From an uncultured bacterium (lineage in GTDB: Bacteria > Bacteroidota > Ignavibacteria > OLB7), in contig CBHYLN010000005.1 in the NCBI GenBank assembly GCA_966128725.1, positions 6,576 through 70,575 on the forward strand: 64,000 nt of DNA. Reading direction: 5' to 3'. The translations under genes and the position numbers were made by a program. Positions 48,201-56,460 of the stretch are shown in pieces. The notes below the pieces were generated by a model that was not told where the DNA came from, did no database searches, and worked only from the letters and a program-made list of their open reading frames with translations. Position 1 is the first letter of the stretch; each line of letters begins with the position of its first letter.

Positions 48201-49676
48201 ATGACCCAGTTCGGCCTGGTGCAGATGACACGCCAGCGCATCCGCCAGCAGGTTGTGCAGACGATGTCGGAGCCATGTCCCGTGTGCGCCGGCAGCGGCC
48301 TGGTGCAATCGCGCAGCACCGTCGCACGCAACATCGAGCGCTGGTTGCAGCGCTTCCGCGAGGGTTCGCGCGAGTTCCGCCTTACGCTCTCGGCACATCC
48401 TCACGTCATCAACTATCTCTCCGAAGGCGCCAACAGCAGGCTGACGGCGATGATGATGAAGTACTTCGTGCGCCTGAAGGTTGTGCCCGATGAATCGCTG
48501 ATGGTGTCGGAGTTCCATTTCTTCTCCACGCACCACCAGGCCGATATCACCGAGAAATATCTGGAGGATATCGCCGCACGCAAGCGCGAGGAAAAGGCCG
48601 CCAAGCGGCTCGAGGCCAAGCGCAAGGACGAACAGAAGAAGGGCGATGACGAGCGCGATGCCGCGGCCGGCCCACAGAAGCGCGGACCACGCCGGGATGA
48701 TCGCCGTGGCGGTGAGGAACGCAGAAGCGATGACCGCAGGGCCGATGGACGCCGTGGCGAGGAGCGCCGTGGTGAAGAACGCCGGAGTGACGATCGTCGT
48801 GGTGAAGAGCGTCGTGGCGACGATCGCCGGAGCGAGGAGCCTCGGAAGGATCGGCCCGACCGCAGGGACGGACGCCGCCCGAACGACAGGACGGGCGCGC
48901 GCCAGGGGGACCGCCGACCCCAGCACGCCGAGCCAACCGAAGCAGCCGATGCTTCGGCACGCTCGCAGCAACCAGCGGCACAGGACGCCAATGGGCAGCC
49001 AGCCGAGGGCGGCCGTCCGGCTTCCAGCGGTCGCCGTGGCAGCCGTGGTGGGCGCGGGCGCGATAACCGCCGAGGTGGCCGCGGCCGCGATGAACATGCA
49101 AGCGGCGAGCCAAGGGGCACACAGGCACCGCAAACCAATGCGGCCGATGTGCCCGCGCAAACCGATCGCCCCGAACGGGCGGATGCCGGAAGCGGCGCCG
49201 AGAAGCGACCCGATCGCAGCAGGCCGGCGCGTGGACGCGATCGCGCCGTCACCGAAAGCGGTGGCGAACCCTCGGCACGCGGAACGGCCAGGCCCGATGT
49301 TCGCCGGGAGGCCCCGACCGAACGGACCACCATCGAGCGTCCGGTAGCGGAGCAGCCCGCCGAGGCCGCCGCAAGCGCCCCCAAGAAGCGTGCGGGCAGC
49401 CGTAGTACCAAGAAGGCCGCCACACCCGATCGGGAGGCACCGGCAGCCGCCGAAGCCGCCCCGCCGGCCAAGAAACGCGCCGCACCGCGACGCACGGCCG
49501 AACCGGAAACCGGCGCCGCAACCGTGGCCGAGAAACCCAAGCGCGCATCACGGGCAAAGAAGAAGCCCGAGACGGACGCACCGGCAGGGGCTGCCGCCAC
49601 CGGCGGCGGCGAAAAGCCCGCCCCGGCAAAGGCACGCCGGGGAAGCACCCGTGGCCGGTCGGCCCCGGAGGAATAA
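45210..49676 (+). CDS. rne: Ribonuclease E/G family endoribonuclease with very large low-complexity regions
   Basis: The N-terminus has 'MKKDIIINATSTEIRVAITEDDRLAEIF...GSIYLGRVERVVQGMNAAFIDIG' (S1 start). The core resumes at 'EKGQDVIVQVTRESYASKGVRVTTKVSLPGRFLVLLP'. It also has 'YIILDQTEAMMVIDVNSG' and the Zn-link 'CPVCAGSG'. R/D/E/G-rich tracts fill the rest. Confidence 0.85.
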   Translation: MKKDIIINATSTEIRVAITEDDRLAEIFLEVPDKERHVGSIYLGRVERVVQGMNAAFIDIGEPQDAFLHFSDVGSALDEFKDLLDDRDDDDDDDADEQDDAETTTAAASSTERGGRGSQKSRGGAERKHTDTTSDQSDQPQDTAPERRDRGRGRDRKSDRRGGHDNDAPRAERAPGSDLESRADGTERDERPREDRPERERGRGDRRDGQSRRDGQGRGGADRASDGARSDGRRDQRADAAAGSRPVDADADIEDVDPVDADNATAEGDHNSEEAHRKRRRKRGRRGGRGRNRRGRDEEGVAGDRDTTRDAADDRDTDDRGDDDMDDDDRDAEAQPAAHRAEAPQREHRGDRNDRDNRGRGGNRNAPRVQEAQAGHDADDDERDDDMPEGDAGTDNAGEGVDAEGRPRRRRRRGRRGGRNRRENSDGGNRENTAEQPRGEQARGEQSRGENIRSERTPDQRGNDAGRGNTAPPDDRRGERRGDGDRRDDNRRGNDRRPDDRRTDERRPEGRPESRSTNERHADDREGQRQHGNERSAGGARTEQPRTEQPRAEHPRANDRGHGGRRDERRDDTRGTAPETPAAPRAEAVAPNDDVAGADRPAGGRKARPSRRKPAEDTPSLFPADEPHQAAEPAATPPPKPKRASTRKAPAAAKDTPPPGETPANPAGKPSRRGKPAGRRGGRDGDSDAPIKGSTADAKLPTFQTKRSGEVTIALEKGQDVIVQVTRESYASKGVRVTTKVSLPGRFLVLLPLDPAIGISRKVQNMKERRRLRRIARGILPEGHGCIIRTVAQDKEEAVIRQDLMKLIENWREIEQKLKDTNAPSLLYKDQSIAATVMRDLFTPDTNRVVIDNKALYTEIRDYVEWAAPGLADKVELYTGSRPIFDEYGMEREMQKIAERRVYIPSGGYIILDQTEAMMVIDVNSGRYAGKKDQELNSLRTNLESAREIARQIRLRDIGGLIVIDFIDLYDEKNRKKVYDELKKEMRRDRAKSVVLPMTQFGLVQMTRQRIRQQVVQTMSEPCPVCAGSGLVQSRSTVARNIERWLQRFREGSREFRLTLSAHPHVINYLSEGANSRLTAMMMKYFVRLKVVPDESLMVSEFHFFSTHHQADITEKYLEDIAARKREEKAAKRLEAKRKDEQKKGDDERDAAAGPQKRGPRRDDRRGGEERRSDDRRADGRRGEERRGEERRSDDRRGEERRGDDRRSEEPRKDRPDRRDGRRPNDRTGARQGDRRPQHAEPTEAADASARSQQPAAQDANGQPAEGGRPASSGRRGSRGGRGRDNRRGGRGRDEHASGEPRGTQAPQTNAADVPAQTDRPERADAGSGAEKRPDRSRPARGRDRAVTESGGEPSARGTARPDVRREAPTERTTIERPVAEQPAEAAASAPKKRAGSRSTKKAATPDREAPAAAEAAPPAKKRAAPRRTAEPETGAATVAEKPKRASRAKKKPETDAPAGAAATGGGEKPAPAKARRGSTRGRSAPEE

Positions 49677-49704
49677 TCACGCGCAAACATCACGTGCACC
49701 GAAC

Positions 49705-49740
49705 GGGCGGGGGGATCGTTTCCCCCGCCCCGTTTGTTGA
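49705..49740 (+). terminator. Intrinsic terminator candidate after rne
   Basis: gggcgggggga-tcgt-tcccccgccc followed by cgtttgttga. Confidence 0.55.
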
Positions 49741-49789
49741 ACGCTGAACCGATCGCGACTGCCTCGTTTGCGGCGATCGCGGAACAAGC

Positions 49790-50962
49790 ATGACATCGAA
49801 CCAGATCTCCGTGCAACAGCTCACGATTCTTGGATCAACCGGATCGATCGGAACGCAGACGCTTGACATCGTCCGGCGAAATCCGGATAGATATCGTGCC
49901 GCCTGCCTTACTACCAATGCCCGCATCGAGATCCTTGCCGAGCAGATCGAGGAGTTCCAACCGGACGCGGTGGTGGTGGGCAACGAGCAGGGCGCCGAGG
50001 AGATCGAACGCCGGTTTGGCCGGCAGCTCCAGGTGGCATGCGGTCCGGAAGCGCTTGTTGAAGCGGCTACACGCGCCAATGTAGGCGTTGTGGTAAGCGC
50101 GCTGGTGGGTTTTGCCGGCTTGGCGCCAACCGTTGCCGCCATCAAGGCCGGCAAACGAATCGCGCTGGCCAACAAGGAAACCATGGTGGTCGCCGGCGAG
50201 CTGATCAACAGTTTGCTGCGCGCGCACAACGGCACGCTTATCCCTGTCGACAGCGAACACAGCGCGATCTTCCAATGCCTTGTTGGCGAGGCACCCGGCA
50301 GCATCGAACGCCTGATCCTGACCGCGTCCGGCGGCCCGTTCCGCGAATTGCCGGCCGATCAGTTCGCCGGCATCACCCTGCAACACGCGCTGGCCCATCC
50401 GAACTGGAGTATGGGACCGAAGATCACGATCGACTCGGCAACCCTGATGAACAAGGGGCTGGAGGTAATCGAGGCCCGATGGTTGTTCGATATCCCGGCA
50501 ACCGCCGTGGATGTCGTGGTGCACCCGCAATCGATCATCCACTCGATGGTGCAGTTCGTGGATGGCTCGGTGAAGGCCCAGCTTGGGCTTCCCGACATGC
50601 GATTGCCGATTCAGTACGCGCTGGGATATCCGGAACGCCTTGCGAACGATTTCGAGCGCATGCACCTTCCGAAGCTGAGCGCATTGTCGTTTTTCGAGCC
50701 CGACACCGCGCGATTCCCGGCGCTCCGCCTTGCCTACGAAGCGCTTGAACGCGGCGGCACCGCGCCCGCGATCCTCAACGCCGCCAACGAGGTGGCCGTT
50801 GCGGAGTTCCTTGCCGGTACAATCACTTTTCTCGACATTCCCCGTATCCTGAGCGCGGCATTGGAGGCGATGCCTGTCGACGATACCCCCTCACTTGAGG
50901 ATATCACCGCGGCGGATAAACGAACACGCGATTACGTTCGTTTGTATCTTGTGCCGCGTTAG
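49790..50962 (+). CDS. dxr: 1-deoxy-D-xylulose-5-phosphate reductoisomerase
   Basis: 'LTILGSTGSIGTQTLDIV', 'LANKETMV', 'PVDSEHSAIFQCL' and 'HPNWSMGPKITIDSATLMNKGLEVIEA'. Confidence 0.95.
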   Translation: MTSNQISVQQLTILGSTGSIGTQTLDIVRRNPDRYRAACLTTNARIEILAEQIEEFQPDAVVVGNEQGAEEIERRFGRQLQVACGPEALVEAATRANVGVVVSALVGFAGLAPTVAAIKAGKRIALANKETMVVAGELINSLLRAHNGTLIPVDSEHSAIFQCLVGEAPGSIERLILTASGGPFRELPADQFAGITLQHALAHPNWSMGPKITIDSATLMNKGLEVIEARWLFDIPATAVDVVVHPQSIIHSMVQFVDGSVKAQLGLPDMRLPIQYALGYPERLANDFERMHLPKLSALSFFEPDTARFPALRLAYEALERGGTAPAILNAANEVAVAEFLAGTITFLDIPRILSAALEAMPVDDTPSLEDITAADKRTRDYVRLYLVPR

Positions 50963-51305
50963 CAGCCCATTGAAATTTCCGCGGATCGGCAACCTGTTCA
51001 ACGGCAATACGTTGCCGAGCACTTCAACCGGCCGCGGATATGGTATGCGCGTGAAGCTCGCTGCGGGCGCGCGTGCAAACCAACGCATCGATAGCGTTGC
51101 CAGGCGGATCGCGGATGCCGTCGCCGATGGCATCAACAGCGACATTGCTCAACGGTCTGCCTGAATCGCGAAACGGTTCTTGCCCTATCTTTAGGGGCGC
51201 GGCGGCACCTTCGCGAACAGCCGCCGCCGTTGGCATACACACACTGGCTTCACAGTTCCCGGGCGTATTCAACCTGGCGAGTACGAGGTAGAGAGAGGTA
51301 TTGGC

Positions 51306-52661
51306 ATGGTGTTCTTAGAAACAGTCCTGGCATTTATAGTCCTGGTGGGCATCCTGGTGTTTATCCACGAGCTGGGGCACTTCCTTACGGCCCGTTGGAC
51401 CGGCATGCGCGCCGACGTGTTTGCCGTGGGCATGGGCCCGCGGTTGGTTGGCTGGAATCGCAAAACCGGTTTCTCGTTCGGCAAGCTGCCGGAACATCTC
51501 GATCTGGAGGGCGGTACCGATTACCGCATTGCGATGCTGCCGATTGGCGGCTATGTGAAAATAGCCGGCATGGTGGACGAAAGCATGGACACCGATTTCG
51601 CCACGCGCAAGCCGCAGCCGTGGGAGTTCCGCTCCAAGGGCGCGGCCGCGAAGATTCTGGTGATATCGGCCGGTGTGATCATGAATGTGCTTCTGGCAAT
51701 CGCGCTGTTCAGCGGCCTGAAGCTGGCCAACGGCGAGGAGTATTACGCCACCACCACGCTTGGCGCCCTGCCCACCGACGGTGTGGCATACAAGGCCGGC
51801 CTGCGCCCGGGTGACAAGATCGAAATGGTGAACGGTGTTGGCGTCAAGTACTTCCAGGATATCATCGAACAACTTGCCGGGGCGAATCCCAACGAGAACG
51901 TCGCGGTTGTCATCAACCGTGCCGGCGCCACAAGCACGATATCCCTCCCGCGCCCAAGCATTGCAACCGGCCCGCTGGAGCTGTATCCGGAGAACCAATC
52001 GGTTGTGGTGGAAAGCACCGTAAGCAATACGCCGGCCGAAACCGCCGGGTTCAAGAAAGGCGACCGGATCGTAGCCGCCGACAACACACCGATCGCCAGC
52101 CAGCAGCAGTTGATCACCTACATTCAGGCGCACGGCAAGAAGGCCATCAGCTTCAACGTTGAGCGCGCCGGCGTTGCGCAGGTGATCACCGCCACGCCGG
52201 ACTCCTCCACCGCGAAGCTGGGCTTCGTGATCATGAACGACTACCAGGGCGCAACGTATCATCGCGATTATTCGCTGGGCGAGTCCGTGAGCCACGGGTT
52301 CAACCAGACGATGTTCGCGATCACCGGCACGTTCCGCGGTATCTGGGATCTGATTACCGGCAAGGCAAAACTTGCGCAGTCGGTAAGCGGCCCGGTGAAG
52401 ATCGCCAAGATGGCGCGCGAAACCGGTCTGCGCAGCCTTACCGAGTTCCTGCAGCTTATGGGGCTGCTCTCGGTTGCACTGGCCTGCATGAACATCCTGC
52501 CCATTCCGGCGCTCGACGGCGGCCACCTGGTGTTTATCATCACCGAGGCGATCATGCGGCGCGAGGTGCCGTTGAAGCTCCGCATGGTGATCCAGCAGGT
52601 CGGCTTCGCTCTGTTGTTGATCTTCATGATCTTCGTGATCTACAACGACACGTTCAACTAG
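51306..52661 (+). CDS. rseP: RIP zinc metalloprotease (site-2 protease)
   Basis: 'FIHELGHFLTA' (HExxH), PDZ-type middle region, and 'NILPIPALDGGHL' (NxxPxxxLDG). Confidence 0.9.
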   Translation: MVFLETVLAFIVLVGILVFIHELGHFLTARWTGMRADVFAVGMGPRLVGWNRKTGFSFGKLPEHLDLEGGTDYRIAMLPIGGYVKIAGMVDESMDTDFATRKPQPWEFRSKGAAAKILVISAGVIMNVLLAIALFSGLKLANGEEYYATTTLGALPTDGVAYKAGLRPGDKIEMVNGVGVKYFQDIIEQLAGANPNENVAVVINRAGATSTISLPRPSIATGPLELYPENQSVVVESTVSNTPAETAGFKKGDRIVAADNTPIASQQQLITYIQAHGKKAISFNVERAGVAQVITATPDSSTAKLGFVIMNDYQGATYHRDYSLGESVSHGFNQTMFAITGTFRGIWDLITGKAKLAQSVSGPVKIAKMARETGLRSLTEFLQLMGLLSVALACMNILPIPALDGGHLVFIITEAIMRREVPLKLRMVIQQVGFALLLIFMIFVIYNDTFN

Positions 52662-52810
52662 GCGCTGGCAGGCAACGTTATCCGGGGGCCGCACCGTGGC
52701 GCTCGTATGCGCCCGCTTTCGGCACCGAACCAAATTTCCGGCAGCGCCTGGCCGGGACGCCTGTTCCGGTAACAGACCCGGCGTACGAACGCCCACACAC
52801 GTTGATGTTC

Positions 52811-52848
52811 CGAAGCGCGGTTCCATGCCGCGCTTCGCCGTTGTTAGC
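52811..52848 (+). terminator. Intrinsic terminator candidate after rseP
   Basis: cgaagcgcgg-ttccatg-ccgcgcttcg (10 bp) followed by ccgttgttag. Confidence 0.5.
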
Positions 52849-52908
52849 ATGGCCGCCGTTGCCCGGCAACCGGACCATGCATCTGCACTGGACTCGTAAA
52901 TCACACTC

Positions 52909-53697
52909 GTGAATCCCGACCTACGCATTCTTGTTTCGAACGACGACGGAATCGACTCCGGCGGAATATTCGCTCTTGTTCAGGCGATGAAGCGGATCGG
53001 CCACGTTGACGTGGTGGCACCGCTTACGCAGCAATCGGCCGTAGGGCATGCGCTTACCGTGGCGGTACCGCTCCGCACGGTGCAGCACGAACGCAAGGGC
53101 CAGCCGTTCGGTATCGGCGTAAGCGGCACACCCGCCGATTGCGTGAAGCTGGCGGTACAACATCTGCTGCCGGAACGCCCGCATATCGTGGTAAGCGGCA
53201 TCAATCACGGCCGGAACACGGCGGTATCGCTGGTGTACTCCGGCACGGTATCGGCCGCTACCGAAGGCACCGTGCTGGGTATCCCGTCGGTAGCAATGTC
53301 GCTGGACGACTTCGCGGACGATGCGGACCCAACGGTGGCGGCCGATGTGGCCGAGTGGATCGTGCGCCAGGTGCTGGGGCAAGGGCTGCCGAAGGGCGTG
53401 CTGCTCAACGTGAACGTGCCCAGCCTTCCGCGCGATCAAATCCGAGGCGTGCGCCTTGCGCCGCAGGGGGAATCATACTGGGACGACAGGTACGATGTGC
53501 GCCACGACCCGATGAACCGCCCCTACTATTGGCTTACCGGCAAGCACATCGTACAGGGCCCCGAGGGCAACGACAACGAACTGCTCAGCGCGGGCTACGT
53601 GACGATCACGCCGGTGCACTACAAGCTTACCGACGAGCCGATGCTGCAACGGATGCGCGAGTGGAATGTGGAGTCGGGCGAGGACCTGCCGTTCTGA
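52909..53697 (+). CDS. surE: 5'/3'-nucleotidase SurE
   Basis: GTG start. 'ILVSNDDGIDSGGI' and 'SGINHGRNT' are present. Confidence 0.9.
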   Translation: MNPDLRILVSNDDGIDSGGIFALVQAMKRIGHVDVVAPLTQQSAVGHALTVAVPLRTVQHERKGQPFGIGVSGTPADCVKLAVQHLLPERPHIVVSGINHGRNTAVSLVYSGTVSAATEGTVLGIPSVAMSLDDFADDADPTVAADVAEWIVRQVLGQGLPKGVLLNVNVPSLPRDQIRGVRLAPQGESYWDDRYDVRHDPMNRPYYWLTGKHIVQGPEGNDNELLSAGYVTITPVHYKLTDEPMLQRMREWNVESGEDLPF

Positions 53698-53725
53698 AAC
53701 CAGCGGCACGAATCATACGATCTGA

Positions 53726-54889
53726 ATGCTCATGAGTCGCCTTGATCGATATATCCTTCGGCAGTTTGCCCTGACATTCGTGTTCGGGATCTGGGCGTTT
53801 GTGTCGATCTTCATCATCGTTGACCTGCTGGAGAACCTTGGCAAGATTCTCGATCACAACCTCCCCACCACGGTCATCCTGAAGTTCTATCTGTACAAGA
53901 TCCCGGAGATCCTGCACCTGATCGTGCCGATCGGCATGCTGCTGGCCAGCCTGTTCACCATCGGCAAACTGGATCAGTCGAACGAACTGACCGCCATTCG
54001 CGCGGCTGGGCGCAGCATGCGCCGGACTGCCCTGCCGTTGATGCTGTTCGGGGTGGTGGTAAGCTGCGTGATGGTGTACTTTGATGGCTGGGTTGTGCCG
54101 ATCAGCAACAAGCGGCATTTCGCGATCGACCGCCAGTACCTTGGCGAGAATGTGATCACCGGGCAGCACAACGTGTATCTCCGCATCTCGCCAACGGTGA
54201 ACCTGTTGATGGACTATTTCGATGCGATGAAGGGCGAAGCCAATCTGGTGACGATCGAGCGATTCGACACCAACGCGCGCGTGGCGATCACATCGGTGCA
54301 TCGAACGTCGGCCGCCACGTTCGACTTCAAAACCGATACCACCACCGCGGTGAAGATCACCGAGCGTATCGACGCGGCATCGATGCGCTACGATTCGGTG
54401 AAGAAGATCTGGGTGCTGGCCAACGGTGTCAGCAGGAATTTTCAGGATGCGAACAACATCGTCACAACGGCATTTGAAAAGCGCGAGCTGCCCGCGTTGC
54501 CGATCACGCCGGACGAGCTGAACCTTTCGCAGCAGAACATCGGCGAGCTCACCATCGAGGAGTTCCGCGACCGCATCGAACAGGAACGCCTGAGCGGTCG
54601 GGATGTCAACCGTCTCGAGGTTGATTTCTATGCCAAGTTCTCCTTCCCGTTTGCCTCGGTGATCGTTGTGTTCTTCGGCATCCCCTTTTCTTCGCGCCAG
54701 CGGAAAAGCGGCGCGGCCATGCAGATCGCCATCACCGGCCTGGTAAGCGCCATCTATCTGGTGCTGTCGGAGATCAGCAAGGCGTTCAGCTACGGTGGCG
54801 CGCTGGAACCAATAGCAATCGCCTGGGCGGTAAACGTGTTGTTCGCGCTGGTCGGCATCGCGAATCTGTACCGCATCGAGCGCGGTTAA
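53726..54889 (+). CDS. LptF/LptG-family LPS export permease
   Basis: 'SRLDRYILRQFALTFVF' and 'ELTAIRAAGRS', with the 6-TM YjgP/YjgQ architecture and a periplasmic insert. Confidence 0.85.
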   Translation: MLMSRLDRYILRQFALTFVFGIWAFVSIFIIVDLLENLGKILDHNLPTTVILKFYLYKIPEILHLIVPIGMLLASLFTIGKLDQSNELTAIRAAGRSMRRTALPLMLFGVVVSCVMVYFDGWVVPISNKRHFAIDRQYLGENVITGQHNVYLRISPTVNLLMDYFDAMKGEANLVTIERFDTNARVAITSVHRTSAATFDFKTDTTTAVKITERIDAASMRYDSVKKIWVLANGVSRNFQDANNIVTTAFEKRELPALPITPDELNLSQQNIGELTIEEFRDRIEQERLSGRDVNRLEVDFYAKFSFPFASVIVVFFGIPFSSRQRKSGAAMQIAITGLVSAIYLVLSEISKAFSYGGALEPIAIAWAVNVLFALVGIANLYRIERG

Positions 54890-55022
54890 CCCATTTCAAC
54901 CTGTCGCGTTGCCGCCCCGGGCGCCTGGCCGGATCGCCTGCCGGCACGGCCGCGATAACCAACCAGGTGGCGAAGCCGGCCCCACGCAGCACCCTGATAT
55001 CATACATGTTCGGAGCTTCTTC

Positions 55023-56240
55023 ATGATCTCGTTCGACGACGCCGTTGCCCTTGTTCTGAACAGCATCGAGCACACGCTCCCGTCCGAGACCGTTCCGCTG
55101 GTGCTGGCATCGGGCCGCGTGCTGGCCCAGGCAATCGTAGCCGACGCGAACATCCCGCCGACCGCGAACTCGGCGATGGACGGGTATGCCGTACGCGCCG
55201 AGGACGTTACCCAGGCAACCCTGGAGCACCCGGTGCCGCTTACGGTGATCGGCGAGGCCGCCGCCGGCACCCCTTTCGCCGGAACCGTAGGCCACGGCTG
55301 TGCCGTGCGTATCATGACCGGCGGCATTATCCCGGAAGGGGCAACGGCCGTGATCGAGGTGGAGGCAACGTCCGAGGCCGATGGCACGATGTACGCGCGC
55401 CGCTCGTTGCGTCCGGGCGAGGCAATCCGTGCCGCTGGCGAGGATATCCGGGCGGGAGAGGTGGTGCTGGCAGCCGGCACAACAATTCGCCCCGCCGATG
55501 TGGGTCTGCTGGCCTCGGTGGGCGTTGTCAATGTACCGGTGCGGATACAGCCGAAGATCGGCATCCTCTCCACCGGGAACGAGATCGTGGAAGCGTTTCG
55601 CACGCCGGGCGAGGGGCAGATTCGCAACAGCACGGGGCCGGCGCTGTACGCCGCCTGCATGGCGCTTGGCGCGGAGCCGATCGATCTGGGGATAGTGCGC
55701 GATACACGGGACGAACTGGCCGACCGGCTTGAGGAAGGGCTCCGTTACGATATCCTGATAACAACCGGCGGCGTTTCAGCCGGCGCGTACGACCTGGTTC
55801 AGCACCTGCTGCCCGAACTTGGCGTGACCATCGTGTTCCACAAGGTGAAGATCCGGCCCGGCAAACCGGTACTGTTCGGCACGTTCGGCGACTCCGAGCA
55901 CCGCACGCTTGTGTTCGGGCTGCCGGGCAATCCCGTTTCCACGCTTATTACGTTTGGCCAATTTGTTGCGCCGGCGGTTGCGCGGATGCTGGGCTCAACA
56001 GCGGTGCCGCTGCGCCTGCAGGCACGCCTGGCCGTTCCGCTGCGCAAAACGGACGATAAGCGCCACTTCGTGCGCGGCATTCTCAGCACCGATGCGGGCA
56101 GCGTGCCGGCGGTGACAACAACGGGCACACAATCCAGCGGGGCGCTCAGCTCGATGAGCCGGGCAAACTGCCTGATCGTGCTGGACGAATCATCCGGCTC
56201 GCTGGAATCCGGCGACCTGGTAACCGTGGAGCTCCTGTAG
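55023..56240 (+). CDS. moeA: Molybdopterin molybdotransferase
   Basis: Start at MISFDDAVALVLN. 'NSAMDGYAVRAED', 'ITTGGVSAGAYD' and 'KPGKPVLFG' are present. Confidence 0.9.
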   Translation: MISFDDAVALVLNSIEHTLPSETVPLVLASGRVLAQAIVADANIPPTANSAMDGYAVRAEDVTQATLEHPVPLTVIGEAAAGTPFAGTVGHGCAVRIMTGGIIPEGATAVIEVEATSEADGTMYARRSLRPGEAIRAAGEDIRAGEVVLAAGTTIRPADVGLLASVGVVNVPVRIQPKIGILSTGNEIVEAFRTPGEGQIRNSTGPALYAACMALGAEPIDLGIVRDTRDELADRLEEGLRYDILITTGGVSAGAYDLVQHLLPELGVTIVFHKVKIRPGKPVLFGTFGDSEHRTLVFGLPGNPVSTLITFGQFVAPAVARMLGSTAVPLRLQARLAVPLRKTDDKRHFVRGILSTDAGSVPAVTTTGTQSSGALSSMSRANCLIVLDESSGSLESGDLVTVELL

Positions 56241-56460
56241 TACGGCCCACGCGGCCACCACGGCATATCGAAGCCGATACGGTTATCGAGCGGTTTCAGG
56301 GGCGGATGTTTCGGAAATACGGACGGCGAATGCAACTTCTCCGGCTCGTCATGGTTTTTTAAGTTTACGGGGTTGCACACTCCGTGCAGCCCCCATGTCT
56401 CCGGGCTTGCGTCACTCCGCATTCGCGGTGCTCTTCGGTTGAACTATCCTACTTCGCGCA

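Noticed and set aside
54890-55022. Moco riboswitch upstream of moeA
   Set aside because: I could not find the conserved Moco-motif elements in the 133-nt spacer. It is GC-rich with only generic hairpins.
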